Positions 26,625 to 40,784 of a stretch of DNA of 64,000 nucleotides are shown here, piece after piece. Each line of letters begins with the position of its first letter. The stretch's first letter is position 1. The notes under the pieces are model-generated. The model searched no databases and was not told the DNA's origin. It saw only the letters and a list, made by a program, of their open reading frames with translations. Both the position numbers and the translations under genes were made by a program. The DNA comes from Octopus vulgaris (Eukaryota): NCBI GenBank assembly GCA_951406725.2, contig OX597835.1, positions 10,664,001 to 10,728,000 of the forward strand. Direction: 5' to 3'.

Positions 26625-27321
26625 TAGTAATAATATATAGGATAAAGTGAAGCATAAACAGAAAAAGTTTTAAACACACACAAGAGAAGAGGAAAGTTTT
26701 GAGGAATGGAAGATTGTACAAGAAGATCGATATTGAAATAACAGGGTATCGTGAAATTGGGATCATGGAAGAGGAAGAAGTTGAAACATATCAGGATGCC
26801 ATGCATAAAATTGCAGTTATGAGAACATTAAAAGACGGATGTAATACCAGAAGCACTGGAATTGGTCTGAATGATCTCTTCTTGTACATTAGACAAATAG
26901 CTAAGATAGGGATTGAAATGAGAAATAACTTGAATGTGGAGAGGATATATTAGGGGTGGTGGGCAGCAATTAAAATTCGTATCAAACACATTAAGGAAGC
27001 GAGATCACAAGTCTGAATGTAGTCGGAAGAGTAATAATGTCGGCTGTAAGTTTGCCAAAATTTAGGAGAAACGGTTCTGCCAATAGTACTTGCAGAAACA
27101 ACAACGATGGTAATAACAACAACAATAACAATAACAATAACAATGAGCCTTTCCGATTTTGGCACAAGGGCAGCAGTTCTGAAGAGGAGGGTGAAATTGA
27201 TTATATTAGCCCCAATTATTTGACTGGTACTATAATTTATTGACTCCTGGAGAAGATGAAAGGGAAAATGAATCTTGCCAGGATTTGAACTCAGAAAGTA
27301 AACTTCTGTCAGCTCACAGGC

Positions 27322-27324
<3 letters not shown>

Positions 27325-27367
<43 letters not shown>

Positions 27368-27531
27368 TAATAATAATAATGATAATAATAATAATAATGA
27401 TAATAATAATAATGATAATAATAATGATGATAATAATAATAATAATAATAATGATAATAATAATGATAGCAATAATAATAATAATAATAATGATAATAAT
27501 AATAATAATGATAATAATAATAATGATAATA

Positions 27532-27566
<35 letters not shown>

Positions 27567-27588
27567 GATAATAATAATAATGATAATA

Positions 27589-27623
<35 letters not shown>

Positions 27624-27660
27624 GATGATAATAATAATGATAATAATAATAATAATAATG
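27325..27660. repeat. (TAA/TGA)n microsatellite
   Basis: Directly visible. Confidence 0.95.
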
Positions 27661-27810
27661 TATTTTAATTTAACTTTAAAAAAAAATGAACGAACTATTG
27701 AGTTTAGTTTAATGGTCTACCAATGTATACTATGAGTTTCTTTGCCCTAGGAGTCGGGAAGACACTCAGCAAGAAATGGAAGCAAATTTGAAAGAAGAAA
27801 AAATAAAGTA
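27659..27810 (+). mobile_element. Severely 5'-truncated 3'UTR of a Dong/R4-like element within (TAA)n
   Basis: Near-identical to the reverse complement of 44235-44393; flanked by TAA repeats on both sides. Confidence 0.85.
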
Positions 27811-28714
27811 ATAATAATAATAATAATAATAATAATCCTTTCTAGTATAGACATGTGGAGGCACATGGCCTGGTGGTTAGAACAGGTGACCCTTGATTGT
27901 TCGTTGCAACCTGAAGTTCATTGATTGCAAATCTCTGCAACACATGCAATGATGTCTGGGAAAGCGAATTTTCTCAAGAAGATTCTTCCTGCTGGCCTCC
28001 ACGAGAGGAGGAATGAAATGAACTTTCTGTCTGTTCGATAACAATGACTCAGCTGGTTCTAGTCATTTCCGACGTGAATTAGCTGTCCACCGTTATTCTA
28101 CCATATGACGGTCAGAGAAGGTTGCAGGTGTGACCTTCATGTCAGAGATGAGGTTCATGTTATTTGCGAAACAGATGTAAAGACATCGTTGCCTCTGAGT
28201 AAAATATTATTTGCTCCATGAATAGCAAACCAGTGAGGTCAAGTGGAGATGTTCTGTGTCTTCATTCAAACTGTGACATTTTCTGATAAAAGCTGAAAGT
28301 TATTCCTATCATGGAACCAAAATTGTTCAGTTTTTTTAGTAACTGACTGACACGAGTGGTCTTTTTAGATGAGGACACACAGACAGACAGACAGACAGAC
28401 AAATGTACCGATTTCTCGACAGATAATACAGAAAGCATAGGAAGCTGAGAGACTGGAAAGATCTGCAGAATGGCTTCTATCAGGTGATCATTAAGAGAGC
28501 TATTATTGAGAATTACTCTCCGGAGACTTAACAGCATAGATATATATTCTATTATATCATTCCCCTCCCCCCCACTTGCTCTTCCACCCCTCATCAGAGA
28601 TTTTATTCCTGGTTTAGTCTGCCCCCCCACCTCCCATCTTAGAATTATTTCAATACTAAGACTCTACTCTCACATTGCAAAATTATATATATATATATAT
28701 ATGTGTGTATATAG

Positions 28715-28769
<55 letters not shown>

Positions 28770-28840
28770 TATAGATGTATATATATATATATATATATAT
28801 AGTGTGTGTATATATATATAGGTGTGTATATATATAGGTG

Positions 28841-28893
<53 letters not shown>

Positions 28894-28998
28894 ATATATA
28901 AGTATATATATATATATATATATATAGGTATGTATATATGTATGTATATATATGTATATATCTCTATATATGTATACATGTATATATATGTATATATC

Positions 28999-29092
<94 letters not shown>

Positions 29093-29799
29093 CATATGTA
29101 TATATATTATTTTTGATGAGTCTTTTTATGACTGTGATGTGTGATGGTGGTGCATGGTGGAGTGGTAAAGATGGTTGTGGTGGTTTGTGATGGTGATGAT
29201 GATGATGATGATGGTGGTGATGGTGGTGGTAGTTGCAGTGGTAGTGTTGTTCAGAATGGTTTCCCATCACTGCTACCATAATTATGCTTGCCACCACCAT
29301 TCTAACTATCCTCATCAGATAGAGAACAGCAGCTCTAGAGTTACTGTGCCATTGTTTGTAATTGTACATGCGTGTACACACATGCCGAGGCTTTCCTTCC
29401 TGAAAAATGTGTGTGTGTGGTGTGTGTGTGTGTGTGTTTGTAGAGAGGGAGAGCACAAAGCAAGTGCGAAAAATACATGTGCATATTTAACTACATGTTG
29501 CTTATAAGCATAATGTAATACCTTATTCATCATCATCATCATCATCATCATCATTTAAAGTCTCTTTTCCATGCTGGTATAAGTCGGATGGCTTGACAGG
29601 AGCTGGCAAGGCTAGGAGCCATCACACCAGATTCCATTGTCTGTTCTAGTAATGGTTTCTATGGTTGCATGTCCTTCTTAATGTTAGCTGCTTTACAGAA
29701 TGAACTGGGTACTTTTTTAGGTGGTACCAGCACCACTGCTTTTTACATGTCAGCAGCAGCACCTGTGCTTTCTACTATAATAATAATAATAATAATAAT

Positions 29800-29839
<40 letters not shown>

Positions 29840-30070
29840 GGACCTTTTGAGCGGGATGGGCTACTCGACCAGAAGAAAAAATTCTAACTGGGCCCCACCT
29901 GCAAGGTCATACGCTGTTTATCTTGATATGAGATCACCATGTTGTGCACATATGGTTGTGATGCATGTGCCTAGTGTACCCTTATCAGACAGGTAGTCAT
30001 GATGGGTATACTGGGCTTCATATATTGTACCCCTGTTTCACTTTGATGGCATGCATTGCTCTCTCACTCA

Positions 30071-30071
<1 letters not shown>
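29840..30071 (+). mobile_element. 5'-truncated copy of a non-coding (TAA)n-embedded element
   Basis: Similar to the reverse complement of 43322-43800; TAA tracts on both sides. Confidence 0.8.
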
Positions 30072-30106
<35 letters not shown>

Positions 30107-30107
30107 G

Positions 30108-30311
30108 TTTCTGCTCTAGGCACAAGGCAGGGAATTTTGGGAGAAGGGTAAGTCCATTACATTGACTCCGGTGCTCAACTGGTTTTTATTTCATTGACCC
30201 TGAGAGAATGAAAGGCAAAATCGACCTCAGTGGCATTTGAACTCAAGACATAAAGACAGATGAAATACTGCTAAGCATTTTGCCGGGGTGCTAATGTTTC
30301 TGCCAGCTTAC

Positions 30312-30348
<37 letters not shown>

Positions 30349-30815
30349 CCTTTCTGCTATAGGACTAGGCCTAAAATTTTTGGGGAGGTGAGGCCAGTCG
30401 ATTTGATCAATTCTACTATGCAACTAGTACTTATTTAATCGATCCTGAAAGGATGAAATGCAAAGTCGACCTCAGCGGGATTTGAACTCAGAATGTAGCA
30501 ATGGACAAAATACCACTGAGCACTTCTTTTGGTGAGCTAGTGTTTTTGCTAGCTCACCACAAATAATATTAATAATAATAATAATAATAATAATCATCAT
30601 CATCTTTTCTACTCTAGGTGCAAGGCCCAAAATTTTGCGGGAGGGGGCCAGTCAATTAGATCGACCCTAGTATGCAACTGGTACTTAATTTATCGACCCC
30701 GAAAGAATGAAAGGCAAAGTCGACCTCAGTGGGATTTGAACTCGGAATGTAGCAATGGATGAAATACCACTAAGCACTTTTTCTGGTGAGCTAGTGTTTT
30801 TGCTAGCTCATCACA
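30108..30815 (-). mobile_element. Three tandem SINE family C copies, each separated by (TAA)n
   Basis: Three repeats of ...gaaaggcaaagtcgacctcag..ggatttgaactc...gctaagca...gctagctca. Confidence 0.85.
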
Positions 30816-30828
30816 AATAATAATAATG

Positions 30829-30878
<50 letters not shown>

Positions 30879-31417
30879 AATAATAACAGCAACAATAATG
30901 ACAATGTATGTTTGTATATAGGTAGAAATATTCAATATTCTGCCCAGCCTGAGTTTTACTGGATTGGTGCCAGAATAACGCAAACACAATGGAATTATAG
31001 AATATGTGATGTCAACAACAACAATAACAACAACAACAACAGCAACAAACAATATTGCTTTTGTACTTGTTTCTGTTTCTGTTTTTTTTTTTTTTTTTTT
31101 TTCGGAAAATTATATTTTGAGGTGTTACTATACCATTCACCTTTCCATTTTGCTCCCACCCACCCACAACACCTGAAGAAAAAAAAAAATAAATTCTGAA
31201 GAAGAAAAAATAATAAATGGATTGCTAAGGAAGAAAAATGCTCTATAAAACTTGATGGTAGGTTGGGAAGTATGATCTTCACCATTTTTCTTCATTTTTT
31301 TTTATATTTCTGAAGTTAAAATTAGAATACTGAACAATATCTGTGGCTATGTGTGTGTATATACATACGTATATATATTAATATATATATATATTTGCAT
31401 ATATATGTGCATATATC

Positions 31418-31457
<40 letters not shown>

Positions 31458-31464
31458 GTATATG

Positions 31465-31499
<35 letters not shown>

Positions 31500-31759
31500 C
31501 TATATATGTCTGTATATTTATGTATATATATATATATATTATATATATATTTATGTATATATATATATATATATATATGCATATATACGTATGTACATTT
31601 ATATGTATATAATATATATGCATATATGTATGTGTTTATATATATATATTAAATATATGTTTATATATATAATGTATGTGTTTGTATGTGTATGTATACA
31701 TGTATGTAAACATATGTACATATGTATGTATATTAATGTATATATATATATATATATAT

Positions 31760-31791
<32 letters not shown>

Positions 31792-32230
31792 CATACATAC
31801 AAATGCATATGTATTTATGTGTGTGTCTGGATTGTTGAATGTTTGTGTTCCCAACACACACAAATAAAAAAAGCCCCCCAAAAGCTATGCAAATACACAG
31901 AGTAAAGTTTGATCTTGGATATCATCAGGCCTGTAATAAAGACACCGTTAAGGTGTATTACAGTTGCATATAAAAAAAAACTCCAAGAAACTTCTGTTGC
32001 CAATATAAACAAACGAAAGAAAACATTTCTTGTACAAGCAAACAAAACTCTTCTCCTGTATAGAAGTTCTACAATCTTATTATCTGCTTTTACCCTGTTT
32101 TCGTGTTTTTCTGTAGTTTTTTGTGTTTTTCTGTAGTTTTTTTGTGTTTTTAAGTATGGTCTTTCTTACAAACAACAGTAAAACAAAAAGTTATGCAGGA
32201 CTTACTGCCAATCACTTAAAAATGGTGTAC

Positions 32231-32265
<35 letters not shown>

Positions 32266-32650
32266 CCTTGTTTCAGACATTGGACTGTGGCCATGCTGCA
32301 GCACTCCAAGGGTTTTTGTCAAATTCAGCCCAGTACTTATTTTTAAAATTATTTTTAAAGTCTGGTCCTTATTCTCTTGGTCTCTTCTGCCAAAGTTTTA
32401 AGTTTTGTGGGACATAAACAAACCAACGCTAGTTACCAAGTGGTGGCATACAAAAAAAGGTAACCACACACACACACATTTGACAATGGGTTTCTTTCAG
32501 TTTCTGTCTACCAAATCCTCTCACAAGGCTTTGGTCAGTGCTCAGCTCAAGGCTATAGTAGAAGGCACCTTCCCATGGTGCCATGTAGTGAGACTGAACC
32601 TGGAACCATGTAGCTGGGAAGCACACTTCTTACCACTTAACCAGGCCTGT

Positions 32651-33512
32651 ACATATGCCTCAAAATACATGATGATCCTACATGTTTTTGCATGTGAATA
32701 GATAGACACATCATGCAACCTGTGTACAGATGGATTGGTGGAGCATTTTCTGACATTCATTTTTGCTACTAATCACATACATATGTACATATTTTGAAAC
32801 TCAGAAAGACACCTTACTACCTTATCATCCTAATATATTTGAAGAAGCTAGCCAACAGCAAAAACTTCGAAGTTACTGTTAAATTTTTCCTTGGACATAT
32901 AAATCTTAAACTCTATAATCTACTTAAATGTTTTGAGCGATCCTCAATACATAGTAATAAACAATGGCTGGCTGTTTTTATGTATAACAGTACAAATGAA
33001 AAAATACATTAATATAATACATTAATATCCAAATATATCTGGTATTTAAAGAATGATAATGTCAGCTACAATAAAATCAATTGGTCTATCACAAAACGTA
33101 TTCCCATACGTTTATGGTTCAATAAAATGTGATCTTGTTTCTTGAAAATGCATAACATCCTATAACTGCCTTAGGTAATTTGGAACAAAAGATTGGAACT
33201 GGTGAATTCTTACAAACACTCCTATCTATAGTTATTGAGAAATTTTTCAAATATCAACTGGTTTTTATTTTCAACATAATAGATTTACCCTGAATGATGA
33301 GCATACATAAAAAGTAAAAACCCTCCAGCTTTTTCAGCAACACTAAAACTGCATTGACAATAGCCATCTTCCTTACAGTTTTACACATATGCCTCAAAAT
33401 ACATGGTGATCCTACATGTTTTTGCATGTGAATAGATAGACACATCATGCAACCTGTGTACAGATGGATCGGCGGAGCATTTTCTGACATTCATTTTTGC
33501 TACTAATCACAT
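32651..33512. repeat. 128-bp direct repeat pair (32651-32778 and 33385-33512)
   Basis: acatatgcctcaaaatacat...gctactaatcacat occurs twice with few mismatches. Confidence 0.9.
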
Positions 33513-35037
33513 CTCATTATTAACTAATAATATTTTTATTTGTTTACAAATATTTTTGCTTATATTTTGTCATGCTGTTTTCCTTTTCCACTTGTTTGAA
33601 TAATCACCACTGTAAAACTTGGAGTAACGACTTAAAAAGTTTTGGATTCTAATGATGTGTGTGTGTGTGTCTGTGTGTGTGTGTGCATGTGTGTGTGTGT
33701 AATTTATTGGAAGCTTAAACTTGGTAAATTATTATTCTGATGTATTCAACTGCAATCTTCGGATGACTGCAAAAAAAATAGAACTTAAAATTTGCGATAT
33801 TGAAATTGTTTACATATCATAATATTTGCATATTGAATTATAAAAAAATCATATTGGTTGACAATATAACTATTGTTTAAAAAAGTACCTAAATTTTGGT
33901 ACAAATATATTCTATCTTCACCAAAGATCTAATGAAAGATTCCATTATAAGAATAAGAATTTGGGTCAGCTGTAACCTCTCTTATCTACGAAATTGTTAT
34001 TAATAAATGTACGTTGTCATTAGCTTCAAATCAGGTCACATTTATTAGTGCTTCTTCTAATTAGGAGGAGACTTTTGCAATAGTGCTTTTACTGATAAAA
34101 TACGATGGAACTCTATTTAATGTTCTTAAGACTAAACAATAAACAAAGAAATCTATTATGTCCAGCCTTCAGTTTAAATGCATTCAGGCATATATCACCA
34201 AGGACTTGTTAAATTTTATATTTTTTTCATTTTTCAATGAGTAATAAATATGATAAGATTTTTAATGAAATTCTCTTAAAGTAAACTTGTCTTGTCATAA
34301 AAAATTTGGAAGCTCAGTTATTTTAACTTGAGAAAATTTTTCCAACAATAAAAATACTGTTTATTTTTTCTACGTGTAACTTCATTGCCTTTTGATGGTA
34401 ATTGTCTCTCCAAACCTCTAATACATTGCGAAATCAAGATTAGCCAGATAACACCAGTCTACCAAGAAATTGGATTGGATGGACTGGGAATTGCTTTAAA
34501 GTTTGTTTATGTTTTCAAAATATACATACATTAGAAAAAACTGGGAAAAGATTTCCCACAGCCTTTTCAAAGCACATTTGGTTTTTGAAAGAGACACATG
34601 CAATTACATTTAAAATTAGAAAGTAAGTTCTCAGTCATACTATTCCACATACACATGGTAGTTTTCATTAAAATTTACACTGCAGACTATGTAGGCGTGA
34701 GAAATTATACATATTATATCAAGGCATCCATTGATAAAGCAAATGGTTTTTGATGTCAGACAATTTCAGACAAACCTCAAATATTTACTTCATAATTATC
34801 TCCAAATGTCTGAGTAATTGAGAGAACTTGGAATAATGTTGACATCTTTTCACTTTAATCTTTTACTTGCTTCACTCATTGGCCTGTGGCCATGCCGGAG
34901 CACTGCCTTGAAGGGTTTTAGTTGAACAAATCAATACCGGTACTTATCCCATCAGTTTCTTTTTGTCAAACCACTAAGTTAGAGCAATATAAACAAACCA
35001 ACACCAGTTACAAACAGCAGTGGGAAACACACACACA

Positions 35038-35068
<31 letters not shown>

Positions 35069-35567
35069 TGTTCCTTTCAGTTTCTGTCTACCAAATCCAC
35101 TTATAAGGGTTATAAAAGAAGACACTTGCTCAAGGTACCATACAGTGGAACTGAACCCAAAACCACATGTTTGAGAAACTTTTTACTACATGTATTGTCA
35201 ACATTTAAAAGTATATTTTTCTTGCCTAAACATGTTGCTTCTGTACAGGTTATTTCTTCTGCTCCAAATATCACCTCTCCCCATCTCCTATTTTCCAAAC
35301 ATTGGCTATATTTTCATCTGATCCGATTCCGTTATTCCTTATTATCCAACCAGTGTATATTTCGATATTCCAACATTTCACTCTTATTTATTATTTACCA
35401 AATTCCACATTACACTTTTCGTAATTGTTTTGTGAACTTACTGGAAAAACTCAGAGTAACAAATCATGTAGTTTTTGCTTCCAGTGAATTATTCCACTCT
35501 ACTTTCAGTATTGAGTCCTCCCTTTGTTTCCTTGTATATTTTAGTGTTTATGTGAGCAAATATGAAC

Positions 35568-35642
<75 letters not shown>

Positions 35643-36456
35643 TGTGTGTGTATGTGTGTGTGTGTGTGTGTAAAGCTGTCTATGTATGTAACTCTATGTG
35701 TATCCATGCATACAAATGTATACACACACAAGCATATATATACTACCCTCCTCCTCACACATATACATATATTTATATGTTATGCGTAAATATGCCAACA
35801 AAACTACTCTGCAAAACAATTCCCATTCACACACACACACACACACACACAGGACTGTTATTTCCTGTATACTAACAAGGAAAGAAGGAAAGAAACAAAG
35901 GAAGGACAGTTTGGTTGTAATAATGCATAGTTTCAATTTATGGTTTTTTTTTTTTTTTTTTTAGAGGAAAATATTTTTTTTGTCTGAATTTGAAATTATC
36001 TATTTGTTGTTGTTGTTGTTATGTTTTTGGTATTTTATTTTTTTTTTTTTAATCTTTTCCTTATTATCATCCATCTTTTCTCTGGCGGTGAATTTAGCTG
36101 AGTTGTTTCATTTTTTCCTGTTGATTTTTTGTTTCTGCACACACTGATTGCTTACTTGTCTTAGCAATACCGATATGCTTTCGTTACCCCTTCCTGCTAA
36201 TGAAGTGCTATAAATCATCCGAGAGACTAGAATATGAAACAGTAAAAGACAGTAGAATCTGAGGAAAATGTTCTGTATTTGGCAAAAAAAAAAAATTATG
36301 CAAAGAATTCAAACAGTGAAATATGTTTTTATGCCGCAAGGAAGAACACAAGTCTAACTTTCCAGGCAGAACGGAACCCTTCATATGATATGATGTTCGG
36401 TTCCGGAACACAACATGTTTGAATGAGCCAATGAGAGAGAGCGTCTATGTAGTTAC

Positions 36457-36841
36457 AGTGGAGGCGCAATGGCCCAGTGGTTAGGGCAGTGGACTCGCGG
36501 TCATAGGATCGCGGTTTCGATTCCCAGACCGGGCGTTTGAGTGTTTATTGAGCGAAAACACCTAAAAGCTCCACGAGGCTCCGGCAGGGGATGGTGGTGA
36601 TCCCTGCTGTACTCTTTCACCACAACTTTCTCTCACTCTTACTTCCTGTTTCTGTTGTACCTGTATTTCAAAGGGCCGGCCTTGTCACTCTCTGTGTCAC
36701 GCTGAATATCCCCGAGAACTACGTTAAGGGTGCACGTGTCTGTGGAGTGCTCAGCCACTTACACGTTAATTTCACGAGCAGGCTGTTCCATTGATTCGGA
36801 TCAACCGGAACCCTCATCGCCGTAACCGACGGAGTGCTTCC
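36457..36841 (+). mobile_element. Full-length tRNA-derived SINE family B with 10-bp TSD
   Basis: Head ggaggcgcaatggcccagtggttaggg...ggtttcgattccc; TSD atgtagttac at 36447-36456 and 36842-36851. Confidence 0.92.
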
Positions 36842-37188
36842 ATGTAGTTACTTAACTTGTTAGAAATAGCAGCTAGATCTCCCTTAGATTACACCTGTGT
36901 TGAAAAACAACACTCTGGATATTGTTGTCTGGTGTTTGTTATTTCTGAAAAAAGGTGGGAGGGTTAACACTTGCCTACTGTTGATTATAAGTCTGTTTGA
37001 TGAGGGCAAACTTTGGGTTAACGACCTGTTACATCATCACTGTTATCATTGGTTTTCCATGTTTGAGACTGAATTTGTCTATTCACACTACATGTCTGTG
37101 CCAGTGGAGCTAATTCCCACATGTCTGTCAGTGAAATGGTTTATTATTGTACTACCGTGTCTTCATCTCCAATTTCACCTTTCTTGTC

Positions 37189-37227
<39 letters not shown>

Positions 37228-37249
37228 TCACACACACACATACACTCCA

Positions 37250-37297
<48 letters not shown>

Positions 37298-38377
37298 TAG
37301 CCAAACACTGAGTTATTGAGAATGGTAGGAATAAAATCTGTGGTAGATTGTTTGAAAAAAAAAGGGGATGAAATTATTGGGTCATGTGTTGGAGAAAGAT
37401 AGCTGGATGAAAGAATGGATGGATATGAAGTACAAGAAAGAAGAGTGAGAAAGTCCTGGTGAAGGGTGATGGAAGAGGAATGAACACAAGGTAAGGAGGT
37501 ATGTAGTGAAACAGCCAAAATGAAGACTGTTATGGAGCCCACAAGACAAACACATAGTTCAGCAGGGAATATGGCCTTACTAGCTCACATTTACTGAATT
37601 TCTATTAAAATCTTCTTATGTCTATAATTCAATAGAAAATTAAAAAAATACTAAATTTAACAAGTCCTTGGTTATCTGTGTGTATATGTATTTAAAGTGA
37701 AGACTGGATTATATCATATGAAATATGTTGTTCTGTTGTATTTCTAATTGTGTCAAAATAATTAATGGATGGATTGTTTAGAAAAAAGCTTATTGAATAT
37801 ATTGCCATATTTCAGTCTGATCACTCCATCATACTTTGGTTCATCTTAAATCAAAGCTCTGAGGATGGTAGTTGTTACTTTAGGGCCCTGAATGGTTTTG
37901 TATTTATTGGCTGGCATGGCTGTGTGGTTTAGAAGTTTGCTTCCCAATCGTAGTTTCAGGTTTGGTTCCACTGTGTGGAACCTTGAGCAAGTTTCTTCTT
38001 CTATAACCATAAGCTGACAAAACTCTTCTGAGTGGATTTCATTGACAGAAACTGAAAGAAGGCCAACATATGTGTGTGTGTGTGTGTGTGTTTATTTCCT
38101 TGTCTCGATGTTGCTCGATAGTTGTAAACGAGTGTCAGTGTCATCCAAGCAGTGTTATTCATTTCCAGTATTCTGCAAAAACATTTCTGGGAATGATGAA
38201 ATGTTAACTTGCTTGGAAACGAGTTAGAGTCGGTGACAGGAAAAGCTTCCAGCTGTAGAAAATCTGCCTGAATGAATTCCATCTGATCCACTCAAGCATG
38301 GAAAAGTGGACATTAAAGCCACGATGACAATAATGATAACAACACTGAATCTAGCATTTGTTGGTCTTCATTTAGAA

Positions 38378-38725
38378 CAGGGATTCTCAACCATTTCTTA
38401 TCTATGGACCCCTTTGATTACTATTTTATTCAGGTCTACTCTTGTAGCCATTCAATGTTTAAAATCTAGTTTTATAGAAACTTCTTTCAAAATTCCTCTT
38501 TCGTTTTCCACACATTAACTTGTGTAGGTTGAACTATGTAAAATGTTAGAGAAAGGAACCTTGCTGTTTCTTGCCATGAATACCAATTCACACATTTAAA
38601 CTAAAATTTTTTCAGGGGCTCTTAAAATACTATTGTGGATCCCCAATTTACTATTTCATCACATTTGGCCCTAAAAATCTTATATGGACCCTCTGGGGTC
38701 ACATGAACTTCAGCTGATGACCTCT
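38378..38725. mobile_element. hAT/Charlie-like MITE (degenerate)
   Basis: Left end cagggattctcaacc; internal atggacccc repeats; degenerate right end. Confidence 0.55.
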
Positions 38726-39101
38726 AATTCAGGATTTTGTCGACCATAAATTTAGCCATTAATTATCATCAACTTAATTTTTGGAGCGTGATCTTAATTT
38801 TAAATGTTTTGGCGTCAAACATTCTGGTATTACCAAACCTTGACTGAGTCTGCTACAGAATTCCTGAAAATGACCACTGAGAATTTGAAGTGGTTTGTTT
38901 CAATGTAGATTATCAATTTCAATGATTATAATTAAGTGTAGGCCTAATTATATAGATCTCTCTCTCTCTCTCCTCTCCTTCTCTCTCTCTCTCTCTCTTT
39001 CTCACAACAATGTCTCTGATTATTTCTTTAATCAATATAAATATTTTCCATCTGAATGATTCAAGTTATTTTCCCCATCATTGCTTTTACTGTTTAGTTC
39101 C

Positions 39102-39144
<43 letters not shown>

Positions 39145-40139
39145 GTTGTTGTTTGCATTTTTTTCATTTTTCATTATTGTTTAGGACAAATGACAGTCAC
39201 CACCACCACCACCACCATCTTCACCATCACCATCACTATCTTTAATTTAATTCTGTCACCTGCTTCCATCTCACCCCCTTCACCATTCTTGTTTCCCTCC
39301 ATCCTCCGTGCAACATCTGTTTCTTCATGGCAAACTTCAATGAATGACTTGGGCTTTTGAATTCTTTTGAACATACCATTGTGATGGTATTGGCAGTAGT
39401 AGTAACGGTGGTGGTGGTGGTGGTGAAGTGAGTGGTGGGGATGGTGATGAGGTATAACAAGGATGGTGGTGGTTATAGTGGTGATGGTAGTGGTGGTGAT
39501 GGTGGTTGTTGTGGTGGTGAAGGTGATGGTGATGGTGTGGTGGCACTTGTTTGCAATGAAGAATATATAATAATTAGTTACTGTTCTGGACTTTTAAGAC
39601 CAAAAAAACTTGTTTTGACTCAGAGCTGAAGAACTGAGCAGGGTTTTCTAGAAGAATTGGATGGATGGTGGTAATGGCGGAGTATGTGAATTAAAATAAG
39701 GCAGGCTGGGGTAGACTGTATCCTTCACCCAGTTTAACACCCCTCTGTGTGGCCTTTGGGTGTCTTCAATAAGTGTTGCTCTGTTGCAAACATTCAGGAC
39801 AGGTTCTTAATGTAAGGGATAAATTCTCCTTACCCACCACTCTCAGAGACCTTGTAAAGGACCAAAGGCACTGACCCACTTCATTTTAACATTTACTTGT
39901 CCATACTCACAATGGTTGGACTGGGTTTGTTGAGGTGGATTTTCTATGGCCAGCTCCCCTTTTTGGTGCCAATCCTCACCTGTTGCTTTGTGATCAGAGA
40001 TGTTGCCACAAAAGATTGGAAACAAACCCTGCTTGTATGACAGTGGCACTTGCTTACATCCATTGTGCAATGTCAAGGTTAGGGGATAGTACCTCATGCA
40101 CGCACATACATACACACAATTACACATACATATATATAC

Positions 40140-40784
40140 ATATGAGCTTCTTTCAGTTTCTGTTGGCTAAATCCACTCACAAGGCTTTAGTTGCTTTTGG
40201 GACTATTGTAGAAGATACTTGCCCAAGGTGCTTCGTAGAGGGACTGAACCTGAAACCATGTAGTTGGGAAGCCAACCTCCTACCACAAAACCATGCCTGC
40301 ATATGTAAAACAAAAAAAAAAGCCCAACTCCCCCTCCCCAAATAAAGAAGGTGGAGAGCAGGAGTGGCTGTGTGGTAAGTAGCTTGTTTGCCAACCACAT
40401 GGTTCAGGGTTCAGTCCCACTGCGTGGCACCTTGGGCAAGTGTCTTCTACTATAGCCTTGGGCTGACCAAAGCCTTGGGCTGACCAAAGCCTTGTGAGTG
40501 GATTTGGTAGACGGAAACTGAAAAGAAGCCCGTCGTATATATGTATATATATATATATATGTGTATGTGTGTGTCTGTGTTTGTCCCCCCTAGCATTGCT
40601 TGACAACCGATGCTGGTGTGTTTATGTCCCCGTTACTTAGCGGTTCGGCAAAAGAGACCGATAGAATAAGTACTGGGCTTACAAAAAAAAGAATAAGTCC
40701 CGGGGTCGAGTTGCTCGATTAAAGGCGGTGCTCCAGCATGGCCACAGTCATATGACTGAAACAAAAAAAAAAGAGTAAAAAAGT
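40140..40784. mobile_element. Head-to-head SINE family A pair (partial minus copy 40140-40300, full plus copy 40353-40784)
   Basis: Similarity to family A; the plus copy has a 17-bp internal tandem duplication (agccttgggctgaccaa). Confidence 0.85.

Noticed and set aside
26699-26953. 84-aa ORF (LYKKIDIEITGYREI...HKIAVMRTL)
   Set aside because: No splice signals; at best a very old retroelement remnant, and not assignable.
34922-35875. Longest ORF (317 aa)
   Set aside because: It runs through a SINE remnant, (CA)n and (TG)n tracts, with no domain-like content.
36460-36535. tRNA gene-like sequence (also 59484 and 11630-11706)
   Set aside because: These are SINE heads, attached to repeat bodies (two with TSDs), without a convincing cloverleaf.
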